64,000 bases of DNA, taken from Acidimicrobiales bacterium (GTDB lineage: Bacteria > Actinomycetota > Acidimicrobiia > Acidimicrobiales > UBA8190). Positions 17,700 to 27,577 of this stretch are shown one piece after another. The position numbers were made by a program, and so were the translations under genes. Every line of letters starts with the position of its first letter. Within the stretch, counting starts at the first letter, position 1. The DNA lies in the NCBI GenBank assembly GCA_036511675.1, contig DATCBU010000117.1, positions 10,619-74,618 on the forward strand, given 5' to 3'. A model generated the notes under the pieces. It was given only the letters and a program-made list of their open reading frames with translations. It searched no databases and was not told the DNA's origin.

Positions 17700-18635
17700 A
17701 TGCGCTTCGGGGTCCTTCTCCTTCCGGAATTTCGATGGTCGCAGGCCCGGTCCTTGTGGCGCCGGGTGGAGGAGCTCGGCTTCGACCACGCCTGGACCTA
17801 CGACCATCTGGCCTGGCGGTCGCTGCGCGACGCCACGTGGTTCGGAGCCGTCCCGTTTCTTGCTGCGGGCGCGGTGGCAACCGAGCGGATACGGCTCGGC
17901 ACCCTGGTGGCGTCGCCCAATTTCCGGCACCCGGTACCCTTCGCTCGCGAGCTGGTGACCCTCGACGACATCTCCGACGGTAGACTGACCCTGGGGATCG
18001 GAGCCGGGGGGGAGGGTTGGGACGCGGTCATGCTCGGCCAGGACCCGTGGTCCCGGGCCGAGCGCGCCGATCGGTTCGCCGAGTTCCTCGACGTGCTCGA
18101 CCGCTTGCTCCGCCATCCCGAGGCGTCGTATCGAGGCAGGTTCTATGTGGCGGTGGACGCTCGCACCCATCCGGGATGCGTGCAGGAGCCCCGTATCCCG
18201 TTCGCGGTGGCGGCCACCGGGCCTCGCGGCATGGCGGTGGCCGCCGCCCACGGGGACACCTGGGTGACCACCGGTGATCTCGGCCCCGAGGGCACGTTGC
18301 TCGACGCCGAGGAGGGCGTGCGGGTGGTGCGCGCCCAGATGGCGCGCCTGGACGAGGCGTGCGCGGCCATCGGCCGTGACCCCGCCTCGATCGGCCGGCT
18401 GGTGCTCACCGGGCCCCGACTGGGGGCCGGGTTGCACTCGCCCGACGCCTTCGACGAGACCGCCGGGCGGTACGCGGAGGCGGGCGTCACGGACTTGGTG
18501 GTCCATTGGCCCCGTGCGGAGGACCCTTATGCGGGCGACCAGACCATGTTCGAGCAGATCTTCTCCGACCGAGCACACGAGCGCGCACATGGCGTGGAAC
18601 CAATCGGCGACGTGGGGGGTCAAGAACAGATGTGA
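17700..18635 (+). CDS. LLM-class (luciferase-like) flavin/F420-dependent oxidoreductase
   Basis: Trimmed to MRFGVLLLPEF (ATG at 17700). FDHAWTYDHL...RLGTLVASPNFRHP...DDISDGRLTLGIGAGG is the typical LLM pattern. Confidence 0.75.
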   Translation: MRFGVLLLPEFRWSQARSLWRRVEELGFDHAWTYDHLAWRSLRDATWFGAVPFLAAGAVATERIRLGTLVASPNFRHPVPFARELVTLDDISDGRLTLGIGAGGEGWDAVMLGQDPWSRAERADRFAEFLDVLDRLLRHPEASYRGRFYVAVDARTHPGCVQEPRIPFAVAATGPRGMAVAAAHGDTWVTTGDLGPEGTLLDAEEGVRVVRAQMARLDEACAAIGRDPASIGRLVLTGPRLGAGLHSPDAFDETAGRYAEAGVTDLVVHWPRAEDPYAGDQTMFEQIFSDRAHERAHGVEPIGDVGGQEQM

Positions 18636-18709
18636 GGGCAGTCGCGGTCCCGGCAGGGAGGGTCGAAGGGTTGCGAGCGAAATCGGAGGGCCCGGGTCCC
18701 CGGACGAGG

Positions 18710-19201
18710 GTGGATCAAGAGGACGCCTTCGAGGCGGCCATGCTCGAGCACGGGACCCGCCTGGCGCGGATGGCCTTCTATCTGTGCGGAGACCGGACCC
18801 GGGCCGAGGATCTCGTGGCTGAGGCGTTCGCCGGTGCGTGGCCCAAATGGTCGGCCGGACGGATCGAGGCCCTGGCCCCGTACCTCCGCCGGGCCGTGGT
18901 CAATCTGGCGGCCAAGGAGCATCGGCACCGGCTGGTGATGTTCCGCCACGACGAACGCGCCCCGTCGCCGGCCCCGGCACCGGGGGCCGACGAGAACCTG
19001 TGGGCCCGGGTCGACCTGGGTCGCGTGTTGGCCGCTCTGGCGCCCGCCCAACGGGTGGTCGTGGTCCTGCGCTACGTCGAGGACATGACCGAGTCGGACA
19101 TGGCCGCCTTCCTCGGGGTGTCTCCCGGCACGGTCAAGTCCCGGTTGGCCCGGGCCCTCGACGCCATGCGGGCGCGACTCGAAGGAGGCGACGATGCCTG
19201 A
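18710..19201 (+). CDS. ECF (SigE-type) sigma factor
   Basis: Region 2 reads RAEDLVAEAFAGAWPKW. Region 4 reads VVVLRYVEDMTESDMAAFLGVSPGTVKSRLARAL. The start is uncertain (GTG at 18710 or ATG at 18740). Confidence 0.8.
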   Translation: MDQEDAFEAAMLEHGTRLARMAFYLCGDRTRAEDLVAEAFAGAWPKWSAGRIEALAPYLRRAVVNLAAKEHRHRLVMFRHDERAPSPAPAPGADENLWARVDLGRVLAALAPAQRVVVVLRYVEDMTESDMAAFLGVSPGTVKSRLARALDAMRARLEGGDDA

Positions 19202-20378
19202 GCGCGACGACATCGAGGCGCAGCTCCGGCAGGAGCTGCTGCGTCAGGCGCCCGAATTCGAACTGGGGACGTCCCTGCCCGGCCGGGTGTCGGCGTTGGT
19301 GCGGCGGAGCCACCGTGTGCGGATGGCCGTGGTCATCGGGGCCGCGGCTGTCGTGGTGGCGGCGGTCGCCGTCCCACTCTCCTCACTGCGCTCCGAGCCC
19401 TTGGGTCGCAAGATCACTCCCGCCACCACACCCACCACGCCCACCACCTCGACGACCCCGTCCACGCCGACCTCGACGACGACGCCCCCGAACGTGGCGC
19501 TGGCGCCCTTCTCCTGTGCTTCGCTCGATCTCTGGACCACGCCGACAGGGACCCCGGTGTCCTCCACGGTCACCCTGGGCCTGGTGTCGGCCACCCTTAC
19601 CGGGACCAGGGCGACGACTCCGGGTGACGACCCGGCGTTATCGAATCCGGTGCTGTCGGTGGGTCAGGCGGTGCTGTCGGGGCCGGCCGTGACCCAACCC
19701 TTCCCGAGCGGCTTCGGCTTCCACATGTCGGTGGCCCCCCCCGCCCAGGCCGACGCCGTGATCCCCTGGTCCATCGCCCCGGCCTCGCCCCAGGGGTCGA
19801 CGTCGCCGCCCAACTCCGACGCGCTGTGCCTGGCCGAGTTCCCCGGCTTCAGTCTGCCCACGGTCCTTCTGGGTCTGGACACGGGCGGCGCGCACTGCTG
19901 CACCGTGGTCCGCGCCATCGCGATCTCGTCGTCCGGGCACGGTCCCGTCGTCGACGACGAGGTGGGCAACCCCGCTGCCTCGCTGGCGGCGGATGGCCAC
20001 AGCGCCGTGATCGTCAGCGCCGACAATGCCTTTGCCTATGCCTTCGGCTCCTATGCTGCCTCGGGCCTCCCCCTCAAGGTGCTGCAATTCGGGGCGGGAG
20101 GTTTCACCGATGTGACGCGCCAGCACCTCGACTTGGTGGCCAAGGACGCCGCCACATGGTGGACGACGTTCAATGCCGACCCGGGGAACGGGCTCGGCGT
20201 GTTGGCGGCCTGGGTGGCCGACGAATGCGTCGTCGGGCAGGCAACGAGCGCGTGGTCGACGGTGGGCCAGTTGCAGATGCAGGGAAAGCTCGGCGGTCCC
20301 GTCGGCTGGCCCACCGGCACCGCCTACGTGTCGGCGCTCAAGACTTTCCTCGCGCAGCACGGGTACTGCCCGGCGTGA
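19194..20378 (+). CDS. membrane-anchored protein, putative anti-sigma partner
   Basis: The start overlaps the sigma stop by 8 nt (ATGCCTGA). It has a ~40-aa cytoplasmic N-terminus, one TM helix (MAVVIGAAAVVVAAVAV), a Thr/Pro linker and a ~270-aa extracytoplasmic domain I do not recognise. Confidence 0.55.
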   Translation: MPERDDIEAQLRQELLRQAPEFELGTSLPGRVSALVRRSHRVRMAVVIGAAAVVVAAVAVPLSSLRSEPLGRKITPATTPTTPTTSTTPSTPTSTTTPPNVALAPFSCASLDLWTTPTGTPVSSTVTLGLVSATLTGTRATTPGDDPALSNPVLSVGQAVLSGPAVTQPFPSGFGFHMSVAPPAQADAVIPWSIAPASPQGSTSPPNSDALCLAEFPGFSLPTVLLGLDTGGAHCCTVVRAIAISSSGHGPVVDDEVGNPAASLAADGHSAVIVSADNAFAYAFGSYAASGLPLKVLQFGAGGFTDVTRQHLDLVAKDAATWWTTFNADPGNGLGVLAAWVADECVVGQATSAWSTVGQLQMQGKLGGPVGWPTGTAYVSALKTFLAQHGYCPA

Positions 20379-20501
20379 CCTGTTGCACCGCGCCACGGCC
20401 TGCGGGATCGGTTTCCAACAACATCTGGCGTCACTCGCCGGTTGGGCCCGGCGGCTGAGTCCGAAAACTGGGCTGGCACTCGGCCGGTATCGTGGCAAGC
20501 C

Positions 20502-21095
20502 GTGCCTGGTCCTACGGCCCGCAAGGCGACCGTCGCCGATGTCGACGCGCTCGCCACCACACTGGCTCGTGCTTTCGACGACGACCCCCTGACGACGTGG
20601 CTCTTTCCCGCGGCGGAAGCTCGGCGTCGCAAGCTCCCGACCTTCTTCCGCTCCCTGCTGCGGGCATCGCTTCCCTTCGGGGAGGTGTACACGAACGGAG
20701 AGGCGCAGTGTGCGGCCATCTGGAACCCTCCGGGAACGTTCCCGATGGGTTGGGTTACCGACACCCGGCTGGGCCTGGCCACCACGCGCTTGGTGGGGCT
20801 GCGGATCGCCGTGTGCGCCAAGGGCCTCATGTACTTCGCCAGTCATCACCCCAAGGAGCGTCACTGGTACCTCCAGATGCTCGGGACCGAGCCTGACGTG
20901 CAGAGCCGGGGCCTGGGCTCCGCCATCCTGGCGCCGGTGCTCGAACGCTGCGACCGCGAAGGCGAGCGCGTGTACCTGGAATCCTCCAAGGAGCGCAACA
21001 TCCCGTTCTACGCCCGGCACGGCTTCGCCGTCACCCAGGAGATCCAGGTGCCCCGGGGCCCGGTGGTGTGGGCCATGTGGCGCGACCCCCGCTGA
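20502..21095 (+). CDS. GNAT-family N-acetyltransferase
   Basis: LGTEPDVQSRGLGSAILAPVLERCDREGERVYLESSKERNIPFYARHGF is a typical acetyl-CoA binding core. The start is uncertain. Confidence 0.75.
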   Translation: MPGPTARKATVADVDALATTLARAFDDDPLTTWLFPAAEARRRKLPTFFRSLLRASLPFGEVYTNGEAQCAAIWNPPGTFPMGWVTDTRLGLATTRLVGLRIAVCAKGLMYFASHHPKERHWYLQMLGTEPDVQSRGLGSAILAPVLERCDREGERVYLESSKERNIPFYARHGFAVTQEIQVPRGPVVWAMWRDPR

Positions 21096-21287
21096 GCATC
21101 GCGCCAGATCGTTGTTCCCGGCCGCCGTCAGCCGGACCTCCTGGGTGCTGGCACCACAGCGCATCGACGGGTTGACCACCTTGGAACCGGCCCGGCCCTC
21201 CGCCACACTGCGATGGGACGGGTCTGGCCAGGTGACCGACGACGAGGGTGGGAGCGTGGGAACGCAACGGTCAGACAGCGCAGCGTC

Positions 21288-23873
21288 GTGACCGGACAGG
21301 CCCTCGCCGTCGCCTGGTACCGGTTCCGGGCCACCTTCGGTCACCGTCGGGGCGGGTACCTGGCCATCGTCCTACTGGTGGGGTTGGTGGGTGGCGTGGC
21401 TATGGGTGCGCTGGCTGCGGCCCGACGCACCCAGTCGTCCTTCGCCACCTACTTGGCCAGCACCAATCCGTCCAATTTCGACGTGTCGGTCTTCGGCGGA
21501 TTCAACAATTCCAGCGGCGCCGTGTACTCCGCCGCGGCCACGAAGGAGATCGCCGCGCTGCCCGGCGTCAGGCACGTCGAGGCGGGCATCGTGCTCACCG
21601 CCGCCCCCCTGCTCCGAAACGGCGCTCCCCGTCTCGACTCCGCCGTCCTGCAGAACACCTTCACCGTGGCCAGCGTCGACGGTCTCTATTTCGACCTCGA
21701 CCGCTTGGCGGTCACCGAAGGACGCATGGCGAACCCGGACCGGCCCGACGAGATCGTCATGACCGCGGTGGCCGCCCATCTGCTCGGGTTCCACGTCGGT
21801 GAGGTGATCCCCTACGGGTTCTACACCCAGCACCAGCAAGGTCTGCCGGCCTTCGGCACGCCCAAGGTCCCTCCTCACCGACGGATCGATGAAAAATTGG
21901 TGGGGCTGGTCCAGGTGAGCAATGCCCTCGTGCAGGACGACATCGACCGGCTCCCCACCTTCATCTTCTTCACGCCCGCGTTGGGCAAGGAGGTCGTGGC
22001 CGACGGAGGCCACGTCGAGGGCGGGGCCATCACCTACGGGTTGCAGATCGACGGCGGGAACGCCGGCGTGGCCAAGGTGGAGCGGGAATTCTCCACCCTT
22101 GTCCCGAGGCGCACGACGGCTGCCTTCCACGCCATCTCGCCGGTCGAGGCCAAGGTGGACCGGACCGTCAAGCCGCTCGCCATCGCCCTGGGCGTGTTCG
22201 GCATGGTGGCCGCTCTGGCCGCGTTGCTCATCGGTGTCCAGATCATCTCGCGCCAGCTGCGCGCCGCCGACGAGGACCTGGGCGTGCTGCGCGCTCTGGG
22301 GGCGACTCCCGGGACCACCATCGCCGACGGACTGCTCGGCATGGTGGGGGCCATCACGGTGGGAGCGCTGCTGGCGGTGCTGGTGGCCGTCGCCCTGTCA
22401 CCGCTGTCTCCGCTGGGCCCGGTTCGGTCCGTGTATCCGGGCTCGGCCATCGCCTTCGACTGGACTGTGCTCGGCAGCGGGCTCGCCGCGCTGATCGTCG
22501 GGCTCGGCGCCTTGGCGTTGGCGCTCGCCTATCGCAGCGCACCGCACCGGGTGGCGCAACGCCAGGGGGATCCGTCCCCACGTGGCTCGAGGGCCGTGCG
22601 CGTCGTGGCGTCGACTGGTCTTCCTCCGTCTGCGGCCGTGGGGGTGCGGTTCGCCCTCGAGTCCGGTCGGGGCCGCACCGCCGTCCCGGTGCGATCGGCC
22701 TTGCTGGGTGCGGTGCTGGCGGTGGCCCTCGTCGTGGCCACGCTGACCTTCGGGAGCGGTTTGCAGGCGCTTGTCTCGCATCCCTCGCTGTACGGATGGA
22801 ACTGGACCTACATGCTCAATCCGACCAACACCGTCCCCTCCCAGGCCGAGGCCCTGCTCGCCCACGACCACGACGTCGCGACGTGGGCCGGGTACGACTA
22901 CAACGATGCCGAGATCAACGGCCAGACCGTTCCCTTCCTCTTTCAGGACTCGCAGTCCGACACGAGCGATCCGATCGCCCCCCCGATCCTGAGCGGGCAC
23001 GGCGTCGAGGACAAGGACCAGATCGTGCTGGGCGCGGCGACGATGCAGCAGCTGCACACGCGTCTCGGCGGCACGGTGGTGGTGAGCTTCGGCCTCCCCA
23101 AAGATGCACCCTTCTACCTGCCACCCACCCCTGTCGTGGTGGTGGGGACGGCCACCATGCCCGCCGTGGGGTTCTCCAGCGTCATCTCCGACCACACCTC
23201 CATGGGGACCGGGGCGCTGGTCAGCAGGGGCGTCGAGCCCGCCGCCTTCCAGAAGGCCCAGCTCAGCGGCGACCCCACGCTCAACGGTCCGGACCTGATC
23301 TTCGTGCGGCTCCGGGGCGATGTTCCTCGTGCGGTGGGCCTGGCCGGTCTGCGACGCATCGCCGCCTCAGTCACCCGCGACCTCGCCGCGGTGCCCAACG
23401 GGGGTGGCCAGGGCAACAGTGTCACGGCGGTGGGGGTGCAGCGCCCGGCCGAGATCGTCAACTACCGCAGCACCGGCGCCACGCCCACACTGCTGGCCAC
23501 TGCACTCGCCGCCGGGGCGGTGATCGCGCTGGGTCTCACCCTGGCGGCCTCGGTGCGCCGCAGACGACGCGATCTGGCCTTGTTGAAGACACTGGGCTTC
23601 ACGCAGCGGCAGTTGGCGGCCGCCCTGGCCTGGCAGGCGTCGGTGGCGGCGGTCATCGGGGTCGTCGTGGGGGTGCCCGTCGGCATCGCGCTCGGGCGCT
23701 GGTTGTGGGATCTGTTCGCCCGCCAGATCTACGCCGTGCCCGACGCCACCGTGCCCGTCGTGTCGGTGGTCGTCGTGGCCCTCGGTGCCTTGGTGCTCGC
23801 CAACATCGTGGCTGCGTTGCCGGGGCGCAGTGCGGCCCGTACGCCCACGGCGGTGCTGTTGCGCTCCGAGTAA
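21288..23873 (+). CDS. ABC-transporter permease with two FtsX domains (MacB-like)
   Basis: About 860 aa with two 4-TM FtsX modules separated by large extracytoplasmic domains. The C-terminus reads RRRRRDLALLKTLGFTQRQL...LPGRSAARTPTAVLLRSE. It is a paralogue of 40344-42749. Confidence 0.8.
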   Translation: MTGQALAVAWYRFRATFGHRRGGYLAIVLLVGLVGGVAMGALAAARRTQSSFATYLASTNPSNFDVSVFGGFNNSSGAVYSAAATKEIAALPGVRHVEAGIVLTAAPLLRNGAPRLDSAVLQNTFTVASVDGLYFDLDRLAVTEGRMANPDRPDEIVMTAVAAHLLGFHVGEVIPYGFYTQHQQGLPAFGTPKVPPHRRIDEKLVGLVQVSNALVQDDIDRLPTFIFFTPALGKEVVADGGHVEGGAITYGLQIDGGNAGVAKVEREFSTLVPRRTTAAFHAISPVEAKVDRTVKPLAIALGVFGMVAALAALLIGVQIISRQLRAADEDLGVLRALGATPGTTIADGLLGMVGAITVGALLAVLVAVALSPLSPLGPVRSVYPGSAIAFDWTVLGSGLAALIVGLGALALALAYRSAPHRVAQRQGDPSPRGSRAVRVVASTGLPPSAAVGVRFALESGRGRTAVPVRSALLGAVLAVALVVATLTFGSGLQALVSHPSLYGWNWTYMLNPTNTVPSQAEALLAHDHDVATWAGYDYNDAEINGQTVPFLFQDSQSDTSDPIAPPILSGHGVEDKDQIVLGAATMQQLHTRLGGTVVVSFGLPKDAPFYLPPTPVVVVGTATMPAVGFSSVISDHTSMGTGALVSRGVEPAAFQKAQLSGDPTLNGPDLIFVRLRGDVPRAVGLAGLRRIAASVTRDLAAVPNGGGQGNSVTAVGVQRPAEIVNYRSTGATPTLLATALAAGAVIALGLTLAASVRRRRRDLALLKTLGFTQRQLAAALAWQASVAAVIGVVVGVPVGIALGRWLWDLFARQIYAVPDATVPVVSVVVVALGALVLANIVAALPGRSAARTPTAVLLRSE

Positions 23874-23898
23874 CGCCGGCGGGTTCAGGTGACGGGCG

Positions 23899-24540
23899 TC
23901 ACGCGACCCGGATCTCGCCCGAGGGTGAGGCCAGCAGGAGTGCGGTGGGCCCGGTGTCGCCACCGACGCGCACGTCGACGCCCTGGGGCGGATCTGCACC
24001 CAGCCAGCCCGACAGGGCCACGGGGTCGGGCACGTGCAGCTCGAGGCGGGCGAACCCGGTGGCTCCACAACGGTGGACGACGTCACCGAGGCGTGCCGGG
24101 TGGAGCTGGGCGTCGTCCCAGACCATGAAGGCGCACCGCCACGGCGCTTCCCATGACGCGTCCACCGCCACGCAGCGCCAGCGCACGGTGGTCCCATCGC
24201 CGAGGATGCGCTGGCGGTGCTCGACGGGGAGCCCGACACGCGCCGCGGTGGCGTCGATGTCCCCGGGCGTCACCTCCATCGACCAGCGGGCCACACCGGG
24301 GCCGCGCCTCGCCAAGGCGGCCAGGACCGGGCGTCCCTGGGGCGAGGACCGGGCCTCGCCCTCGTCGACGACGGCGAGAAGCTCGAGATACTGCGTGCCG
24401 AGGGGCACGATGAGATTGGCCGTGCCCCGCCCCGGATGCCGGCCGCCGTCGAGGACGGTGAGACCGAGCGCCTCGGTCCGCCGGCGGGCCGAGGCGAGGT
24501 CGGTGACGAGGACGATGGCCTGGACGAGCCGGTCAGCCAT
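23899..24540 (-). CDS. VOC/glyoxalase-like domain protein
   Basis: 213 aa. The N-terminus IVLVTDLASARRRTEALGLTVLDGGRHPGRGTANLIVPLGTQYLELL fits a glyoxalase-like fold. Confidence 0.6.
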   Translation of the reverse strand: MADRLVQAIVLVTDLASARRRTEALGLTVLDGGRHPGRGTANLIVPLGTQYLELLAVVDEGEARSSPQGRPVLAALARRGPGVARWSMEVTPGDIDATAARVGLPVEHRQRILGDGTTVRWRCVAVDASWEAPWRCAFMVWDDAQLHPARLGDVVHRCGATGFARLELHVPDPVALSGWLGADPPQGVDVRVGGDTGPTALLLASPSGEIRVA

Positions 24541-24593
24541 GACGGGGAGCGGTCCCGGGCCCGGCGCGCCGTGGGGTGCGAGATGATGGCGTC

Positions 24594-24917
24594 ATGACGC
24601 CGGCCAAGACGGCCAATTCCCGTTGGTCCTTGTGGTCGGAGGACTCGGTGCTGTCGATCGGGTCCAAGGGCTCGTTCATGTCTATCGGCTCCATCGGCTC
24701 GGCGTGCTCGATCGGGTCGATCGGCTCGTTCCTGTCGGCCTTCTCCATCGGTTCGGCCGGTTCACTGGGCTCGGTGCTCTCGGCGCGGTCGCGGTGGTCG
24801 GCGATGTCCTTCGGCGCCGCCAGGGCGATCCTCGCCGGAGGGCCCAACTCGGACCAGGATCGGTCGGAGCGGGGTCAGTCGGTCCAGGGATCGGCGGAGT
24901 CGGCGTCGATCTCGTAG
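24594..24917 (+). CDS. small Ser-triplet-repeat protein (22 consecutive X-X-Ser units), function unknown
   Basis: Every third codon across 24612-24809 is a TCN Ser codon, with g/c/t/a all seen at the wobble position. The start could be ATG 24594 or GTG 24576. The 3' end overlaps the convergent aceE tail by 43 nt. The mirror ORF on the minus strand is the alternative reading (see findings). Confidence 0.45.
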   Translation: MTPAKTANSRWSLWSEDSVLSIGSKGSFMSIGSIGSACSIGSIGSFLSAFSIGSAGSLGSVLSARSRWSAMSFGAARAILAGGPNSDQDRSERGQSVQGSAESASIS

Positions 24918-27577
24918 CGGCCGATGGCCTCGGCCACCTCGTCGCGCTTGGCGTCACCGGTGTCGGCCAGCTCGCTGAGCACGGCCACCACCAGGTGGGC
25001 GGCGTCGACCTCGAAAAAGCGGCGCAAGGCGGCCCGGGTGTCGGAGCGTCCGAAGCCGTCGGTCCCCAGTGAGACGAAGGGCCGGGGCACCCACCGGGCC
25101 ACTTGGTCGGGGACGGCCCGCAGGTAGTCGGTCACCGCCACCACCGGTCCGGTCCCGTCCGCCAGGGCACGGGTGACGTAGGGGACGGCGCGCTCGGCGT
25201 GGGGATGGAGGCGGTTGGCTCGTTCCACCGACAGGGCGTCCTCGCGCAGCTCGGTGTACGACGTCACCGACCAGGCATCGGCCGAGACACCCCAGTCCGC
25301 CGCCAGCATGGCGCGCGCCTCCATGGCGACCTGCCACATGGGCCCCGAGAAGAGCAGGGTGGCGCGCCGGTTGGTGCCGTCGGGCACCTCGGCGGGCTCG
25401 GCGAAGCGGTACATGCCGCGCAGGACTCCGGCCCGCACCACGTCGCCGGCGTCGCCGGTGGGGAGGGGGGGCATGGGGTAGTTCTCGTTGTAGAGGGTGA
25501 GGTACCAGAAGCGGTCCTCGGGCTCGGGCCCCATGATCCTGGTGACGGCGTCGTGCATGATGACGCCGATCTCATAGGCGAAGGCGGGGTCGTAGATGTG
25601 CGCCGCGGGGTTCACCGAGGCGAGCAGGGGCGAGTGGCCGTCGTCGTGCTGGAGGCCTTCTCCTTGCAAGGTGGTGCGGCCCGCCGTACACCCGGCCAGG
25701 ATGCCGCGGCCGCGGATGTCACCGAGGAGCCAGGCCAGGTCACCGATGCGCTGGAACCCGAACATGGAATAGAAGAGATAGATGGGCAGCATGGGCCGGC
25801 CCCAGGTGGCGTAGGACGTGGCCAGGGCGATGAACGTGGCCATGGCACCGGCCTCGGTGATGCCTTCTTGGAGGATCTGGCCCTTGCGGTCCTCGGCGTA
25901 GCGGAGGATGAGGTCGGAGTCGACGGGGGTGTAGCGCTGGCCCTCGGGGGCGTAGATCTTGGACTCGGCGATGAGGGGCTCGAGGCCGAAGGTGCGGGCC
26001 TCGTCGGGGACGATGGGGGCGACGTAGCGCCCCAGGGCGGGGTCGCGCGCCAGGTTGCGCAGCAGCCGGGCGAAGGCCATGGTCGTGGACGCGGCCTGGG
26101 CGCCCGACCCGGCGAACATGTCCGAGAAGGCCTTGTCGTCGGGGAGGGCATAGTGCGTGACGGCCCGCACCACACGCGACGGCAGGGGGCCGGCCAGGAC
26201 CTTGCGGCGCCCCGACAGGTACTCGTGGGCGGGGGACCCCTCGGGGGGGCGGTAGTAGGGGGGTTGTTCGGCGTCGAGGGCCTCGTCGGGGATCTCCTCT
26301 TGGAGATAGAGGCGGTCGCGCAGGGCGAGCAGCTGGGCCTTGGTCATCTTCTTGATCTGATGGGTGGCGTTGCGCGCTTCGATCTCGGGGCCCAGCGTCC
26401 AGCCCTTGACGGTCTTGGCCAGGATGACGGTGGGCTGGCCCACCTGTTCGGTGGCGAGCTTGTAGGCGGCGTAGAGCTTGCGGTAGTCGTGCCCGCCGCG
26501 CGGCAGGGCCTGGAGATCGGCGTCGGAGAGGTGCTCGACCAGCCGGCGCAGTCGGGGGTCGGGGCCGAAGAAGTGCTCCCGGATGTAGGCGCCGGACTCG
26601 GTGGCGTACTTCTGGAATTCGCCGTCGGGGGTGGTGTTCATCTTGTCGAGGAGCACGCCGTCGATGTCGCGCGCCAGCAGCTCGTCCCACTTGGATCCCC
26701 AGATGACCTTGATGACGTTCCAGCCCGCGCCCCGGAAGGTGGCCTCGGCCTCCTGGATGACCTTGCCGTTGCCGCGCACGGGGCCGTCGAGGCGTTGCAG
26801 GTTGCAGTTGACGACGAAGATCAGGTTGTCCAGGTGCTCGCGTCCCGCCACGCCCAGGGCACCGATGGACTCGACCTCGTCGAGCTCACCGTCGCCGAGG
26901 AAGGCCCAGATGCGACTGGCGGAGGTGTCGACGATCTCGCGCTGGAGGAGATAGCGCGCCGCGTGGGCCTGGTAGATGGCACACAGGCCACCGAGGCCCA
27001 TCGACACGGTGGGGTACTCCCAGAATTCGGGGAGGAGGCGGGGGTGGGGGTAGCTGGGCAGGCCCCGGCCCGAGACCTCCTGGCGGAAATGGTCGAGCTG
27101 GTCCTCGGTGAGACGGCCCTCGACGAAGGCGCGGGCGTAGATGCCGGGTGAGCCGTGGCCCTGGAAGTAGACGAGGTCCCCGAACCCGCCGTCGGACTTG
27201 CCCCGGAAGAAATGGTTGAACCCCACCTCGTAGAGCGAGGCGGAGCTGGCATAGGTGGCCAGATGGCCCCCGATGCCCTCGCTGCGGTAGTTGGCCCGGC
27301 TCACCATGGCCGCCGCGTTCCACCGGATGTAGGCGCGGATGCGCCTCTCGACGTACTCGTCGCCGGGGAACCAGGGCTCCTGGTCCTGGGGGATGGTGTT
27401 GACGTACGGGGTGGACACCGTGGCGGGGAAGTCGACCTGCATGGCGCGGGCCCGCTCGAGCAGCTTCATGAGCAGGAAGCGGGCCCGGGGGCGTCCCTCG
27501 GCGTCGACGACGGCGTCGAAGGAGTCGATCCACTCCGCCGTCTCCTGGGGGTCGATGTCGGGAAGTTGATGCGACAT
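24875..27577 (-). CDS. aceE: pyruvate dehydrogenase E1 component (homodimeric AceE type)
   Basis: About 900 aa starting [19 protein letters not shown]. It is collinear with AceE throughout, including the ThDP-binding segment [12 protein letters not shown]...[14 protein letters not shown]. Confidence 0.9.
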   Translation of the reverse strand: MSHQLPDIDPQETAEWIDSFDAVVDAEGRPRARFLLMKLLERARAMQVDFPATVSTPYVNTIPQDQEPWFPGDEYVERRIRAYIRWNAAAMVSRANYRSEGIGGHLATYASSASLYEVGFNHFFRGKSDGGFGDLVYFQGHGSPGIYARAFVEGRLTEDQLDHFRQEVSGRGLPSYPHPRLLPEFWEYPTVSMGLGGLCAIYQAHAARYLLQREIVDTSASRIWAFLGDGELDEVESIGALGVAGREHLDNLIFVVNCNLQRLDGPVRGNGKVIQEAEATFRGAGWNVIKVIWGSKWDELLARDIDGVLLDKMNTTPDGEFQKYATESGAYIREHFFGPDPRLRRLVEHLSDADLQALPRGGHDYRKLYAAYKLATEQVGQPTVILAKTVKGWTLGPEIEARNATHQIKKMTKAQLLALRDRLYLQEEIPDEALDAEQPPYYRPPEGSPAHEYLSGRRKVLAGPLPSRVVRAVTHYALPDDKAFSDMFAGSGAQAASTTMAFARLLRNLARDPALGRYVAPIVPDEARTFGLEPLIAESKIYAPEGQRYTPVDSDLILRYAEDRKGQILQEGITEAGAMATFIALATSYATWGRPMLPIYLFYSMFGFQRIGDLAWLLGDIRGRGILAGCTAGRTTLQGEGLQHDDGHSPLLASVNPAAHIYDPAFAYEIGVIMHDAVTRIMGPEPEDRFWYLTLYNENYPMPPLPTGDAGDVVRAGVLRGMYRFAEPAEVPDGTNRRATLLFSGPMWQVAMEARAMLAADWGVSADAWSVTSYTELREDALSVERANRLHPHAERAVPYVTRALADGTGPVVAVTDYLRAVPDQVARWVPRPFVSLGTDGFGRSDTRAALRRFFEVDAAHLVVAVLSELADTGDAKRDEVAEAIGRYEIDADSADPWTD

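Noticed and set aside
19638-21344. Very long 'shadow' ORFs antisense to or out of frame with confident genes. Examples: 1352-2440(-), 2149-3327(-), 7814-8902(-), 8953-10167(-), 19638-21344(-), 25103-27151(+), 29368-30969(-), 32163-34673(-), 46278-47672(+), 49364-51013(-), 59368-61245(-), 62390-63517(+).
   Set aside because: Their translations are Arg/Pro/Gly/His-rich low-complexity strings typical of non-coding frames in high-GC DNA. Each overlaps a gene with recognisable motifs and the proper wobble bias.
24533-24847. Minus-strand acidic ORF (…EPSEPAEPMEKADRNEPIDPIEHAEPMEPIDMNEPLDPID…) mirroring the Ser-triplet ORF.
   Set aside because: It is not fully rejected, because it fits the gene packing on the minus strand. 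However, its periodicity is only D/E at every third residue, which follows automatically from plus-strand TCN codons. The plus frame keeps a perfect Ser with synonymous wobble variation. The minus ORF also needs a TTG start.
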